Source of the DNA: Lama guanicoe
Lineage: Eukaryota
Reading direction: 5' to 3'
Assembly: GCA_013239625.1 (NCBI GenBank)
Contig: MU055269.1
Coordinates: 2,410,441 to 2,474,440, forward strand
Length of the DNA: 64,000 nt
The position numbers and the translations under genes are program-made. The notes under the pieces are model-generated. The model worked only from the letters and a program-made list of their open reading frames with translations, was not told the origin of the DNA and made no database searches. This document shows, one piece after another, positions 63,916-64,000 of the stretch (position 1 is its first letter; each line of letters opens with the position of its first letter).

Positions 63916-64000
63916 TTCAGAGAACACCGGTCCATCCAGGATCTGCCCTCGAGGACGCACAGCTCGCGTGCGGGGAGGCGAGGGCCTTGGCGGGCGCGGC

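Noticed and set aside
1-64000. tRNA, rRNA, snRNA genes, NUMTs or lineage SINEs
   Set aside because: None recognised by eye; Infernal, tRNAscan-SE and RepeatMasker would be needed to exclude them.

Overview
Mammalian genomic DNA, not prokaryotic. It holds the 3' part of the galanin receptor 1 gene (GALR1, + strand): coding exon 2 (227-292), a 5.4-kb intron 2 and coding exon 3 (5729-6046). Exon 1 lies upstream of the window. The remaining ~58 kb is 3' UTR plus gene-poor, GC/CpG-rich intergenic DNA full of transposon remnants: L1, L2, MIR, MaLR and ERV solo LTRs, MER5, MER53 and a Tigger MITE. In human this position is the GALR1-SALL3 gene desert on 18q23. The L1 3' ends look cetartiodactyl, and I noticed no Alu, B1, Bov-A/tA, PRE-1 or CHR-2 SINEs, so a camelid is my tentative guess. 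There are two N gaps. Nearly all ORFs in the track are spurious, and I cannot demonstrate a new biological system. The best leads are regulatory: an orphan CpG island with promoter-like motifs (~44.1-45.3 kb), two near-perfect RFX X-boxes, four full CRE palindromes, a full-length MER53 hairpin of the miR-1302 source family, and an exon-like, CpG-rich GALR1 intron 2. Repeat families were assigned from memory of consensus sequences, not by database search, so their boundaries are approximate.
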